NCBI RefSeq assembly: GCF_006345805.1
Contig: NW_021836820.1
Span: 1-37,915 of the forward strand
DNA length: 37,915 nucleotides
Origin: Octopus sinensis
Taxonomy: Eukaryota
Direction of reading: 5' to 3'
Each line of letters opens with the position of its first letter. The stretch's first letter is position 1. Shown here in pieces: positions 26,802 to 37,915 of this stretch. Made by a program: the position numbers and the translations under genes. The notes under the pieces were generated by a model that saw only the letters and a list, made by a program, of their open reading frames with translations, ran no database searches and was not told the origin of the DNA.

Positions 26802-27085
26802 CACATATATATATATATATATATATACGAATACATATACACGTGCGTACACACACACATACACACACTTACACACACACATACATATATATATATTCAT
26901 ACACACACGTACACATATATGGTTTCATACACGCATACACACGCATACCTATATATATATATATACACACACACATAAAAACACATTTTTGTTAATATAC
27001 ATATATATGTTCATACATGTATGTGAATGTATTTGTGTGCGTGAGTGTGTGTGTAAATGTGTGTGTGTGTGTGTGTGTATGTACA
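26566..27085. repeat. Compound (AT)n/(CA)n/(GT)n microsatellite block
   Basis: Direct reading. Confidence 0.95.
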
Positions 27086-27097
27086 TATGGACACCAG

Positions 27098-27312
27098 TGT
27101 AGCTGGGTGGTTGGTTAAGATGTTACCTTCAAAATCATAGGTTCTCGGGTTCGATCCGACTGCGTGGTGAGTTGGATGTCATTATCAAGAACTCGGCTCC
27201 AGTCATACGGAAACTGGACGGAATCCCTTCATATGCATTGTCACAGTTAATATAAAGGCCCAGCCTTGTCACATACTGCGTCAAGCTAACTCTCTTTAAG
27301 GATTACATTAAG
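27098..27312 (+). mobile_element. Old, diverged tRNA-derived SINE
   Basis: Head GCTGGGTGGTTGGTTAAG...GGGTTCGATCCGACTGCGTGG. The later AAAGGCCCAGCCTTGTCACA resembles the tail shared by 29916-30297 and 30457-30767. Confidence 0.55.
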
Positions 27313-27814
27313 GACAATTTTCTCTATGGAATACTCGGCCAGTTCCAACGTTTATTCTATGAATTGATGATTCAATCTGATCGTATAATTCAATGTTTTT
27401 ACGCCGAATGCAGGGGGAGAATCCATGATCCTCTTTTGTATCTGTCTTCTCATTTTCTTTTGTGATTTGTCTCGTTCCAACGCCCTGATATGTAAATTGA
27501 ATAGACCATGTGCTCAGACCACCGGGATTACCAGGAGACACAAGGCGTGTTATAAAAACTTGCCTTGACACGTGTTTCCACAGCAAGAAACTATTAGCAG
27601 CTCACATTCTTATACTGTGTGCATTAGATGATATTTATCTCTCACTCGATGGAGGCGCTTTTTTTGTTGTTGATCTAACCTTAACGGAACAGTAAACTAT
27701 GTGTATATGTATTTTAAATAATGAGAGACATAAATTGAATATTAATTTAATTAATATCAATTTAAAACCAGTAGCCTAGCATATATAAAAAATCTGAAAA
27801 ATCAGAAAAAATTC

Positions 27815-28356
27815 AATCATCATCATCATTGTTCGACCGTGGTCGAGACAATGGAATTTACCATGCTACGCCAGACTTCACGGTCCATTATGGCATTACG
27901 GAGGTCCTGTTGCTGGATGCCTGTATCCCTGGAGATTACATCAGGGTAGGAGAGTGTGCGCCCTCTGGTATTGCGACCGCGGTCGAGACAATGGAATTTA
28001 CCATGCTACGCCAGACTTCACGGTCCATTATGGCATTACGGAGGTCCTGTTGCTGGATGCCTGTATCCCTGGAGATTACATCAGGGTAGTAAAGTCTGTG
28101 CCCTCTGGTATTGCGACCGTGGTCGAGACAATGGAATTTACCATGCTACGCCAGACTTCACGGTCCATCATGGCATTACGGAGGTCCTGTTGCTGGATGC
28201 CTGTATCCCTGGAGATTACATCAGGGTAGGAGAGTGTGCGCTCTCTGGTATTGCAAATAGATGGCTTCCAGAGAAGAGTAGAAATTGCCTCGTTTTTAGC
28301 TCTACAACAATGCCCAGCAAACTGGACTCTCCTACCTTTCACAAGAGATGACATGT
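27815..28356 (-). mobile_element. 3' end of an RTE-like LINE with a triplicated terminal 140 bp and an (ATG)n tail
   Basis: Minus ORF SSLVKGRRVQFAGHCCRA...LLWKPS...YPDVISRDTG...DLRNAMMDREVWR is typical of RTE-type ORF C-termini. The tail is (ATG)n at ~27817-27829. 140-bp units start at 27834, 27974 and 28114. Confidence 0.85.
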
Positions 28357-29060
28357 GTATATTAAGGGATAAACCACTAAGTGGATAACCTATATGCTAG
28401 AAGATCACATACGATCTAACTACAAAGAAAAGAATGTTCTCCAGAGAAATTCAGCAAAACACCAGGACATAAGCGGGCAAGACAGGTGAAAATTATATAA
28501 AAATCAAGAATTAATCGTATACCGGTTTCGTCTATTACTGATAAATTACTTTACGACACATCAGACATGTTGGCCGGAAGCACATAGCACATAGCTTCTT
28601 TTATGCGGGAGGTAAAATATACAGTCCCGGTTCTTCGGTGATGATAAATAGAGGAATGAGAAAGTAACGAAAGGTGATAGCATTTTCCGGCGAACAAAGG
28701 AGAGTTGTCTCCCATGTGACGATGTCAGCTGTTTTCAGCTCTGCGCATGTACATGTTTTTCTTTCTTTGATCCAAAAAAGTCGGTGACCATGTTGCCAAA
28801 ATGAATTTCCTGAGCATATGCGTATATGAATTTATACAAACATAATTGCTTGCTTGTAAACCGGATGGGTCCCTCTTAGTGAAAGGTTTTGTGCAGTTGT
28901 GTCACGTATGCTCATTCGTGTGTTGGACACAGCCAACTCATCATCTCTGTATATGCATCTTTATCTGTTTTTCTGAATGTCAATCTTTAAGTGTTTCTGG
29001 GATACGTAGATCTAAGAGATGAAGCATATTCCTTTGAAAACGACCTTACGATGTCGTCGA

Positions 29061-29097
29061 AAACACACACACACACACACACCACACACACACACAC

Positions 29098-29128
<31 letters not shown>
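29061..29128. repeat. (CA)n microsatellite
   Basis: Direct reading. Confidence 0.95.
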
Positions 29129-29131
<3 letters not shown>

Positions 29132-29412
29132 ATTGACTGATTGATAGTATTCCTGAATATCCTGTTGACCAAATAGACATTGGAGTGTTACCACGTTAAT
29201 TACAGAATCACCTAGAAGCTGTTACTTTCGCAAAATAATTAACAAGATATGTCCGTTTGATGAAACCTCATTAGATTTAAAACGGTATTTACAACCTTTG
29301 GAAAAAACCCGTTATTTAATGATGTGTAAACAGCTATAACTAGATTTGTCATTTGTTTGTATAGAAATATTAAAATTGAGTTGAATTTATATCATTCAAT
29401 GATTACACTATT

Positions 29413-29713
29413 AAACTTAGATAAACTTAGATATGTTTCGACCAAAGATTGGTCCAGGCCATGTCTAACTTAATAGCACCACCTGATAGGATTATTCGAA
29501 TCCTGTTTAAGTCAAGTTTTGTTTATGGTCCATTCAAGTAGTGAGTTTTTGTTGGGTGAGTTGTATCCAATTATGGGTGGCTTATCCGGTATTCTTTGAA
29601 GGAATCTATCCAGACTCCGTTTAAAGTTGATGGGATCCTTTTCCTCTCTGATCTCCCTCGGGACAATGTTAATAGGGCAGGGCCTGTTGAGGAAAAGAAA
29701 TTATGTTGTAGTG
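29413..29713 (-). mobile_element. 3' fragment of a CR1/L2-like LINE
   Basis: With one frameshift the minus strand reads HNFFSSTGPAL/NIVPREIREEKDPINFKRSLDRFLQRIPDKPPIIGYNSPNKNSLLEWTINKT* (stop 29512-29514). The 3' UTR has a GACCA/TGGTC stem-loop and a 10-bp tandem tail (ATCTAAGTTT)x2. Confidence 0.7.
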
Positions 29714-29915
29714 TACATGTATGCTGTGATCTTGAATTTAATTATTAAATTTTATTATTTTGCTTCCATTTCTAATTTATATGTACACACACACAAACAC
29801 ACACACGTAATTGTACGTTTTCGTTAAAAAATTAAACAGAAAAAGCTACAATTGAAGTCAAAATTACTCAGTAAATAAACGCAGACCGAATGTTTATTTT
29901 GTATATAAAATCAGC

Positions 29916-30297
29916 GGAGGCGCAATGGCCCAGTGGTTAGGGCAGCGGACTCGCGGTCATAGGATCACGGTTTCGATTCCCAGACCGGGCGTTGTGTGTT
30001 TATTGAGCGAAAACACCTAAAAGCTCCACGAGTCTCCAGCAGGGATGGTGGTGATCCCTGCTGTACTCTTTCACCACAACTTTCTCTCACTCTTACTTCC
30101 TGTTTCTGTTGTACCTGTATTTCAAGGGGCCAGCCTTGTCACTCTCTGTGTCACGCTGAATATCCCCGAGAACTACGTTAAGGGTGCACGTGTCTGTGGA
30201 GTGCTCAGCCACTTACACGTTAATTTCACGAGCAGGCTGTTCCGTTGATTCGGATCAACTGGAACCCTCATCGTCGTAACCGACGGAGTGCTTCCAC
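29916..30297 (+). mobile_element. Full-length tRNA-derived SINE (head A, tail X)
   Basis: Head GGAGGCGCAATGGCCCAGTGGTTAGGGCAGCGGACTCGCGG...GGTTTCGATTCCC. TSD TATATAAAATCA at 29902-29913 and 30298-30309. Confidence 0.9.
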
Positions 30298-30456
30298 TAT
30301 ATAAAATCAACGATTCTTATAAAATTAACATTGTTTTATTCTCTTCAGAATTTGTCCAAAAGTGGTAATATTTTGTTGAAAGATCAGGCTGTATATCTAA
30401 AATGGTTGGATTTACATATGAGGAATTAACGTTCAGTCAAAACGACCTTTAAAAAG

Positions 30457-30767
30457 ACTCCGCCGGTTACGACGACGAGGGTCCCAGCTGATACGATCAA
30501 CGGAACAGCTTGCTCGTGAAATTAACGTGCAAATGGCTGAGCATTCCACAGACACGTGTACCCATAACGTAGTTCTCGGGGATAATCAGCGTGACACAGA
30601 GAGTGACAAGGCCGACCCTTTGAAATACAGGTACAACTCATTTTTGCCAGCTGAGTGGACTGGAGCAACGTGAAATAAAGTGTCTTGCTCAAGGACACAA
30701 CGCGTCGCCGGGAATCGAACTCACAACCTTACGATCATGAGCCGAATGCCCTAACCACTAAGCCACC
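30457..30767 (-). mobile_element. tRNA-derived SINE (head B, central domain TGTCCTTGAGCAAGACACTT, tail X)
   Basis: Minus strand GGTGGCTTAGTGGTTAGGGCATTCGGCTCATGATCG...GAGTTCGATTCCC. The last ~180 bp are ~91% identical to 30108-30289. Confidence 0.88.
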
Positions 30768-31103
30768 GAGGTACCATCCGACAGTATAACTTCTAGAAAT
30801 GCCATAATAAAGAAATTACTATGAATAGTCCAGGTTCTTTTGCTACCCTTGCCTCTTCTATCCTGTCAAATGCTTCATCTTTCTGTTATTTATGAAGCCT
30901 CCATATCACCCATACTGCAGCTGTAAGCTCACCAACCATATAGCAGCTATTTTTGTTCGACTACTCCCTGAGGAATATATTCTTCGCCCTGAATTCCCCG
31001 AGAATGTCATCGTTCGTAACGACCATAAAATTTCTATATATTGCTAACGTAAAACTTCCAACGACCGCATTGCCCGACAAATTCTTTCTACTATAACAAG
31101 CAC

Positions 31104-31328
31104 AAGGCGGCGAGCTGGTAGAAACGTTAGCACGCCGGGCGAAATGTTTGGCGATATTTCGTCTGCCGTTACGTTCTGAGTTCAAATTCCGCCGAGGTCG
31201 ACTTTGCCTTTCATCCTTTCGGGGTCGATATATTAAGTACCAGTTACGCACTGGGATCGATGTAATCGACTTAATCAGTTTGTCTGTCCTTGTTTGTCCC
31301 CTCTGTGTTTAGCCCCTTGTGGGTAGTA
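31104..31328 (+). mobile_element. Deu/Nin-like tRNA-SINE, monomer
   Basis: Same head, core and tail as 3733-4128 and 22407-23065, with a single unit ending in an A-run. Confidence 0.88.
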
Positions 31329-31336
31329 AAAAAAAA

Positions 31337-31490
31337 GATTACATCGACCCCAGTACTCAAACTAGTAATTATTTGATCGACTCCGACAGGATAAAAAGCA
31401 AAGTTGGCCTCGTCAGGTTTTGAACTCGTGTTGTAAAGAATCATAAGAAATACAACAAAGCACTTTCTCTCACGCTGAAACGATTCCGTC
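31337..31490 (-). mobile_element. Older diverged copy of the same SINE, tail-to-tail with 31104-31328
   Basis: GATTACATCGACCCCAGTAC...GGATAAAAAGCAAAGTTGGCCTCG...TTTGAACTC. Another decayed copy lies at ~31670-31830. Confidence 0.65.
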
Positions 31491-31504
31491 AATCAAAAAG
31501 CTCC

Positions 31505-31521
31505 AATTCTTCTTCTTCTCT

Positions 31522-31568
<47 letters not shown>

Positions 31569-31670
31569 TTCTTCTTCTTCTTCTTCTTCTTCTTCTTCTT
31601 CTGCTTCTTCTTCTTACTCTTGTTGCTATTGTTAATAATAATAATAATAATAATAACAATAACAATAAAA
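31505..31670. repeat. (TTC)n tract followed by (AAT/AAC)n
   Basis: Direct reading. Confidence 0.95.
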
Positions 31671-32171
31671 GTTTCTAATTTAGGCACAAGGCCAGCAATT
31701 TTGAAGAAGGAGTGGGGGTGGGGAGAGCTATTCGACGTCCTCGACTCTAGCACTAGACTGTTTTTAGATTATTTTATCGATCCCGGGGCGGGGTGGATGT
31801 AGGGTAACATTGACCCCAGCGGGACTTCAACGAAAGGAATGATAAAAAGAAGTATTTTCTATTTTTGGTTTCGTTACGTTGGTTCCCGCTGTTGTAAATA
31901 TGTCGAAATAAAATACAGGGTGACATGTGTGAAATAGTCGGGTAGCTTGTTTAAAGTGCAGGAAGTTCACAGAACTCTAGAATTAAAGAAACAAAAAGTA
32001 AAAAAAAAGAGGAGAAATAAAAGAAGTAAAAGTGAAAAGACAAAAATAAAGAAAAAGAGAATTTGGGAGAAGAAAGAACATAAGGAAAAAAAAGACCAAA
32101 ACAAAAAGGAGATAACGTGAGCGAATTTTGTGTTAAATGAGAAAGTAATAGGTTACATATCACGTTCAGGG

Positions 32172-32202
<31 letters not shown>

Positions 32203-32392
32203 GATGATGAAGATGGCGATGAAGATGATGATGATGATGGTGACGACGACGGTGATGATGGTGAAGATAATCATGTAAATGACAACGATGTCGATTGTGA
32301 TGGTGAAGATGATGGTGATGATGATGATGATGATGATGTCGATCATGGCGACGATGACGATGATGATGATAGTGAAAATGATAGTAAGAATA
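32172..32392. repeat. Degenerate (GAT)n trinucleotide tract
   Basis: GATGATGAT/GAAGAT/GACGAT; source of the poly-His, poly-Met and poly-Ile ORFs. Confidence 0.92.
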
Positions 32393-32536
32393 AAAATAGT
32401 GCGCATATATATATATATATATATATATAAAACACTTATATATATGTGTATATATGTATATATATATATATATATATAAAACACTTATATATATGTGTAT
32501 ATATGTATATATGTATATATGATATATATATATATA

Positions 32537-32628
<92 letters not shown>

Positions 32629-32713
32629 TTTTTTGCTTGTTTCAGCTTAGAACTGCGGCCATGCTGATGCACCGCCGTGTGTGTATATATATATTATATA
32701 TATATATATATTA

Positions 32714-32766
<53 letters not shown>

Positions 32767-32908
32767 GCGTTCGTGTGTTTTCAATAAAACATACATGAAA
32801 AAACGCAGACCTGAAATTTGAGAAGTGACAAAAAATCTCAGTTTAACTCCACCCCTCCCTTTACACACAAACACATTTAGACTGAGATCTTGGTCAATCA
32901 CTGCGATT

Positions 32909-32992
<84 letters not shown>

Positions 32993-33081
32993 TGTATATA
33001 TGTATGTATATATAATTATATAATATATATATAACATATATAAATATTTTATATTCATAAAAACATATATGTATGTGTATG

Positions 33082-33148
<67 letters not shown>

Positions 33149-33152
<4 letters not shown>

Positions 33153-33371
33153 TCATATATATATGTGTGCATATAAATATATAGATATATATGCATACAT
33201 ATAAATATACATTCATATATACATATATATATATACACATATATATATATACATATACATAGATACGTATATATGTATATATACATACATACATATAAAT
33301 ATATGTATATATATATATATATACACGTATATATAAGTTATGCATTCTTTTCTTTCAATAGTAATAGATAA
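33149..33371. repeat. Direct repeat with 35096-35438
   Basis: Both copies have the same order of interrupted AT/AC motifs and end in the non-repetitive CACGTATATATAAGTTATGCATTCTT..TTTCAATAGTAATAGATAA. Confidence 0.8.
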
Positions 33372-33654
33372 TTTTGGGGAAAAAACAAAGCAAAACTAGA
33401 AAAATTTACGAAACAAAGTGATTCCAGGGAGGAGAGTGAAAAGATGAAGAAGAAGAAGTAGAAGAAGAAGAAGAAGATGAAGAGCAACAACAACAACAAC
33501 AATAACAGCAACAAGAACAAGAGAAATAATGTAAAATATTTGTAGTTTTAGTGTTTGAGAAACTGCAGATGTCAAATACCTTGTGAAATATTTTCACTTT
33601 GGAAAAACATGAGAACTAAAGAAGCTGGCCTCGCATAGAATATTTGAACGATTA

Positions 33655-33657
33655 CTA

Positions 33658-33692
<35 letters not shown>

Positions 33693-33910
33693 CACACACA
33701 CACACACGCACACACACACACACACGCACACACACACACACATTCATACAGATGCAATACGCACATATATGCGTATACATTCGTGCGCGAGAACTCCCTT
33801 CGAAAACCAAGCACAGACTCGCACGTATCCACGCACGCATATTTATAAATATGTACGAATTATATATATATGCGTGTGTGTGTGTCTGTGTGTGTGCGTG
33901 TGTACGTGTG

Positions 33911-33946
<36 letters not shown>

Positions 33947-34570
33947 GGAGAAAGGGAACTCGTGTATGTGTGTGTCTTTGTGTCTGTGTATAAGTATATG
34001 TGCACGCGCGTGTGTATGTATGTATGCATATATATATATATATGTATATATATACAAATATACATACATATATACATACATGCATATGTATATGCACATG
34101 TGTTTCCATAGATGTATGTATATTTATACAAACACACACATATATATCCATATATATATATATACATTACATATATATATATATATATATAATACATATA
34201 TATATATAACATATACATATATACACACATGTACTTATATATATACATATATACACACATATATATATGCATATACATGTATAGAGGCATATATGAAAAT
34301 ATATTTAGTTACAAACGTACTTGTATTTACACATACATACACATACACATATAAATGTTTCTATATATATATATGTATGCGTGTGTGTGTGTGTATGTGC
34401 GTGTATATGTGTGTGTGTGTATCTATACAGAGATACAAGTAAATATATGTATATATATATATATATAGTATAAAAGGAATAAGTTATATATATATATATA
34501 TATGCATACACACATGTATGTATATATAGATGTATATATGTGTGTGTTTATACACGCACATGCTCACATA
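33655..34570. repeat. Compound (CA)n/(GT)n/(AT)n microsatellite block
   Basis: Direct reading. Confidence 0.93.
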
Positions 34571-34951
34571 CATGCATGCGCATTTTGGCCCTAATAAACT
34601 TGCTATACTACAATCCACTCTGTGGCAACTCAGAGTTTCTCGGTGAACTCACAAAAGCCCCAAACTATTGTACATATATGCGCGTGTAAGTGTATGTATA
34701 TACGTACGTATGTGTGTGTGTGAGCGTGTGTTTGTGCGCGAGTGTGTGTGTCTGCGTCTGGGTATGTGTGAAGTCACTCTTGAGTGTGCTAATGGTAAAG
34801 TATAATATTTCAGCACCTGGTGAACAGTTGGATCGTCAGCGACTGAACCGGCACTGCCACTAGACCGACACATTGAAGAAAGTTACAAGGAATCCGGCAA
34901 GTCTAGGTAGAAGGAAAATGTCAAAAGGTAAAGTATATATAATATATATAT

Positions 34952-35033
<82 letters not shown>

Positions 35034-35039
35034 GTAATA

Positions 35040-35099
<60 letters not shown>

Positions 35100-35241
35100 T
35101 CATATATATATATGTGTGCATATAATTATAGATATATATGCATACATATAAATATACATTCATATATACATATTATACACACATATATATATATATACAT
35201 ATACATACATACGTATATATGTATATATACATACATATAAA

Positions 35242-35294
<53 letters not shown>

Positions 35295-35323
35295 GTATAT
35301 ATATATATGTATATATATATATG

Positions 35324-35368
<45 letters not shown>

Positions 35369-35666
35369 ATATAATATATATATATACATACACGTATATA
35401 TAAGTTATGCATTCTTCTTTTTCAATAGTAATAGATAACACAGTCTCAACAGTTTTCTAGCAAGAAGCTGAGGAGATTTAGAAAACTAAAAATAACAATC
35501 GAGAGTTCTGTGCTGTATAACCATTGAATGACCAGTAATTGGTGAGGACGTCTTGCCTTTGAGAAGGTCGCTCCAAATCAAATAACAAAAAACCCTACGA
35601 AGTGAAGCTAAGTAATCTCTGATCTGCAACCGTTTTTGTAAAACTCAATGATATCAACGTCGCTTA

Positions 35667-35943
35667 TTTACTCTTTTACTCTTTTACTTGTTTCAGTCAT
35701 TTGACTGCGGCCATGCTGGAGCACCCCTCTTTAGTCGAGCAAATCGACCCCGGGACTTATTCTCTGTAAGCCCAGTACTTATTTTATCGGTCTATTTTGC
35801 CGAACCGCTAAGTGACAGGGACGTAAACACACCAGCATCGGTTGTCAAGCAATGCTAGGGGACAAGCACAGACACACAAACACACACACACACACACACA
35901 CCACACACCAACAACACAACATATATATATCTAATGTATATAT

Positions 35944-35974
<31 letters not shown>

Positions 35975-36129
35975 CGACAGGCTTCTTTCAGTTTCGTCTA
36001 CCAAATCCACTCACAAGCATTGGTCGGCCCGGGGCTATAGCAGAAGACACTTGCCCAAGGCCACGCAGTGGGACTGAACCCGGAACATGAGGTTGGTTAG
36101 CAAGCTACTTACCACACAGCCACTCCTGC
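35667..36129 (-). mobile_element. Full-length tRNA-derived SINE (head C) with internal (TA)n/(GT)n microsatellite and an (AAAAGAGT)n tail
   Basis: Minus strand: GCAGGAGTGGCTGTGTGGTAAG...GGGTTCAGTCCC...CTTGGGCAAGTGTCTT, then the microsatellite, then ...GCTCCAGCATGGCCGCAGTCAAATGACTGAAACAAGTAAAAGAGTAAAAGAGT. Confidence 0.85.
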
Positions 36130-36251
36130 GTCTATTTCATTTTCTTCTTTCTTTTTTTTTTCTGCATTCAACTCAGTGATAAATTAGATTATTGTTTGTT
36201 TGTATTTTGCGGTTTTCTTAAAATTTATCAGATCTCTTTACCCACAGTCTG

Positions 36252-36271
36252 TGACGTAATCCAAGATGGCG
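36252..36271 (+). promoter_or_regulatory. Adjacent CRE-like and YY1-like motifs
   Basis: TGACGTAA at 36252-36259 and CAAGATGGCG at 36262-36271. This is a motif match only. Confidence 0.25.
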
Positions 36272-36490
36272 TGCATTTCGTTCCTTTCATCCTTTCGATA
36301 TTTCTAATCCATTAAACTTTGTGTGTGTATGTGTGTATGTGTGATGCCTTGTGCGTGATTATGTATACAATGGTAAATATCTGGGTGGGTGCTTGCGAGG
36401 CTTATGTTTTTTTTATACTTGTTATTGCAGTGGTAGGTTGGACTTACATCCACGCTTAATACAATATAGACATGTTTATGCATATATATA

Positions 36491-36764
36491 TATCACGTGA
36501 TCACGTGACCGACCAGACCATCAGATGTTGTTACACATCGCTGGTCACAATGCGCTTCGCATTGTTTTAGCCTTCGAATGATGCCACCCCGCTGGCTAAG
36601 CGAGCTGGCCAACGGAGGAAAGAGTGGTGAAAGGGTACAGCAGGGATCGCCACCCCCTGCCGGAGCCTCGTGGAGCTTTTAGGTGCTTTCGCTCAATAAA
36701 CACTTACAACGCCCGGCCTGGGAATCGAAATCGCGATCCTACGACCGCGAGTTCCATTGCGCCT

Positions 36765-36766
<2 letters not shown>
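36491..36766 (-). mobile_element. tRNA-derived SINE (head A with A-box deletion, tail Y)
   Basis: The first ~140 nt match 29916-30075 except for a ~19-nt deletion. The sequence then diverges into ...CATTGTGACCAGCGATGTGTAACAACATCTGATGGTCTGGTCGGTCACGTGATCACGTGATA. Confidence 0.85.
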
Positions 36767-36800
<34 letters not shown>

Positions 36801-37133
36801 CATGTATATATTATATATATATATATATGCGTGTGTGTATTTTTGTGTGAGAATGTGTTTGTATACATATCATATATATACATATACACATTTTCATATA
36901 GTTCTATATATTTACACACACACACACGTATATTATAGAATAAATTAAGAAACAAAACGTTTGGCATCACTTAAAAAGTCCATTAATTTAGATAGAGAAT
37001 ATAAACAACGCCCCAGCATGGCCGCAATCTAATGACTGAAACAAGTACAAGATAAAAGATAGTCCCTTACAGCTGTTTCTAGAAAAGCCAGACTTGTGGA
37101 TCATCATATTGAATAAGGTTTCTATATGCTGAG

Positions 37134-37286
37134 AATACCTATTTCTTTACTACTTTGCCTTTCATCCTTTCGGGGTCGATAAATAAAGTACCAGTTACGC
37201 ACTGGGGTCGATGTAATCGATTTAATACCTATGCCTGTCCTTTTTGTCCTCTCTATGTTTAGCCACTTGTGGTTAGTAAAGAAATA
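37134..37286 (+). mobile_element. 5'-truncated Deu/Nin-like SINE preceded by an inverted copy of its own tail
   Basis: 37154-37286 is core plus tail. 37134-37153 (AATACCTATTTCTTTACTAC) is the reverse complement of the tail/junction. Confidence 0.75.
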
Positions 37287-37554
37287 TATATCTGAATGTT
37301 TACGCCACTTGTACTCACTGTACTTTACCTCGGCTTGCATGTCGGAATATATATGGCATTTTACATGAAATATATCGAAACCGTAATCAGTCAGTTGTGA
37401 GATGTACTTCCTCACCACACAGCGATGCCCCGAGGGAAATTTTGAGTGGGCGGAGAAAACTAAACTTCGACAGAAATTGAAGCAGACCACAAAGAGTGTT
37501 CAAAAATTAATTCACTCCAGCGAAGGTGCTTCCAGGTATAATTTCAATTAAGAA

Positions 37555-37555
<1 letters not shown>

Positions 37556-37592
<37 letters not shown>

Positions 37593-37729
37593 CAACAACA
37601 ACGACGGCGACGACGATGTTGATGATGATGATGATAATAATAATAATGATAATAATAATAATAATAATAATAATAAGGATAATAATAATAATAATAATAA
37701 TGATAATAATAATAATAATAAGAATGATA

Positions 37730-37775
<46 letters not shown>
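37556..37775. repeat. (AAT)n tract with AAC/GAC/GAT interruptions
   Basis: Direct reading; source of the poly-Ile and poly-Tyr ORFs. Confidence 0.96.
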
Positions 37776-37915
37776 GAGTTCATCAAAGCGAAAACACCGA
37801 TTATTCTATTTTTGCCGAGAAAAAAAAATTCTTTCCAAATTAATCATTTGTTACCGAATTTTTTTTTGTTATAATTAATCTTATCATCATCATCATCATC
37901 ATCATCATCATTAAT

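Noticed and set aside
27308-27586. Minus ORF, and faint LINE-like peptide fragments across frames
   Set aside because: No diagnostic motif; the similarity is too weak to call without a search.
29916-29990. tRNA genes at SINE heads (also 30690-30767 and 36060-36129)
   Set aside because: A and B boxes are present, but no complete acceptor stem could be formed and each runs into a SINE body.
31951-32614. His-rich and Ile-rich ORFs
   Set aside because: These are translations of (GAT)n and (AT)n tracts.
37064-37115. Minus-strand ATGATGA...GAA-ACAGCTGT-A with a palindromic helix III candidate (a similar remnant lies at ~2724-2740)
   Set aside because: It may be a decayed Penelope-type end, but helices I and II cannot be built convincingly from this copy.

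Overview
Eukaryotic, AT-rich, gene-poor window. The repeat families look like those of an octopus/coleoid cephalopod genome; this is an inference from recalled SINE and LINE sequences, not a database result. No intact host protein-coding gene is supported. About 45% of the window (5562-22406) is one satellite of a 19-bp unit, ACATTTACAACATTAT(T/C)AT, roughly 880-890 copies, with nested higher-order duplications at offsets of 73, 834 and 1796 bp. The flanks are a mosaic of microsatellites, tRNA-derived SINEs with swapped heads and tails, hAT and Tc1/mariner MITEs, 3' ends of RTE-like and CR1-like LINEs, and a decayed Penelope-like (Neptune-type, GIY-YIG) retroelement. The best leads are: (i) minimal type I hammerhead-ribozyme motifs with palindromic helix III at 24244-24288 (-) and 3325-3360 (+); (ii) the Penelope-like element inserted into the internal (AT)n tract of a SINE, the whole flanked by a ~198-bp direct repeat; (iii) a SINE dimer bounded by a perfect 15-bp target-site duplication (TSD); and (iv) the hierarchical satellite. 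Nearly all ORFs in the supplied track are repeat artefacts.
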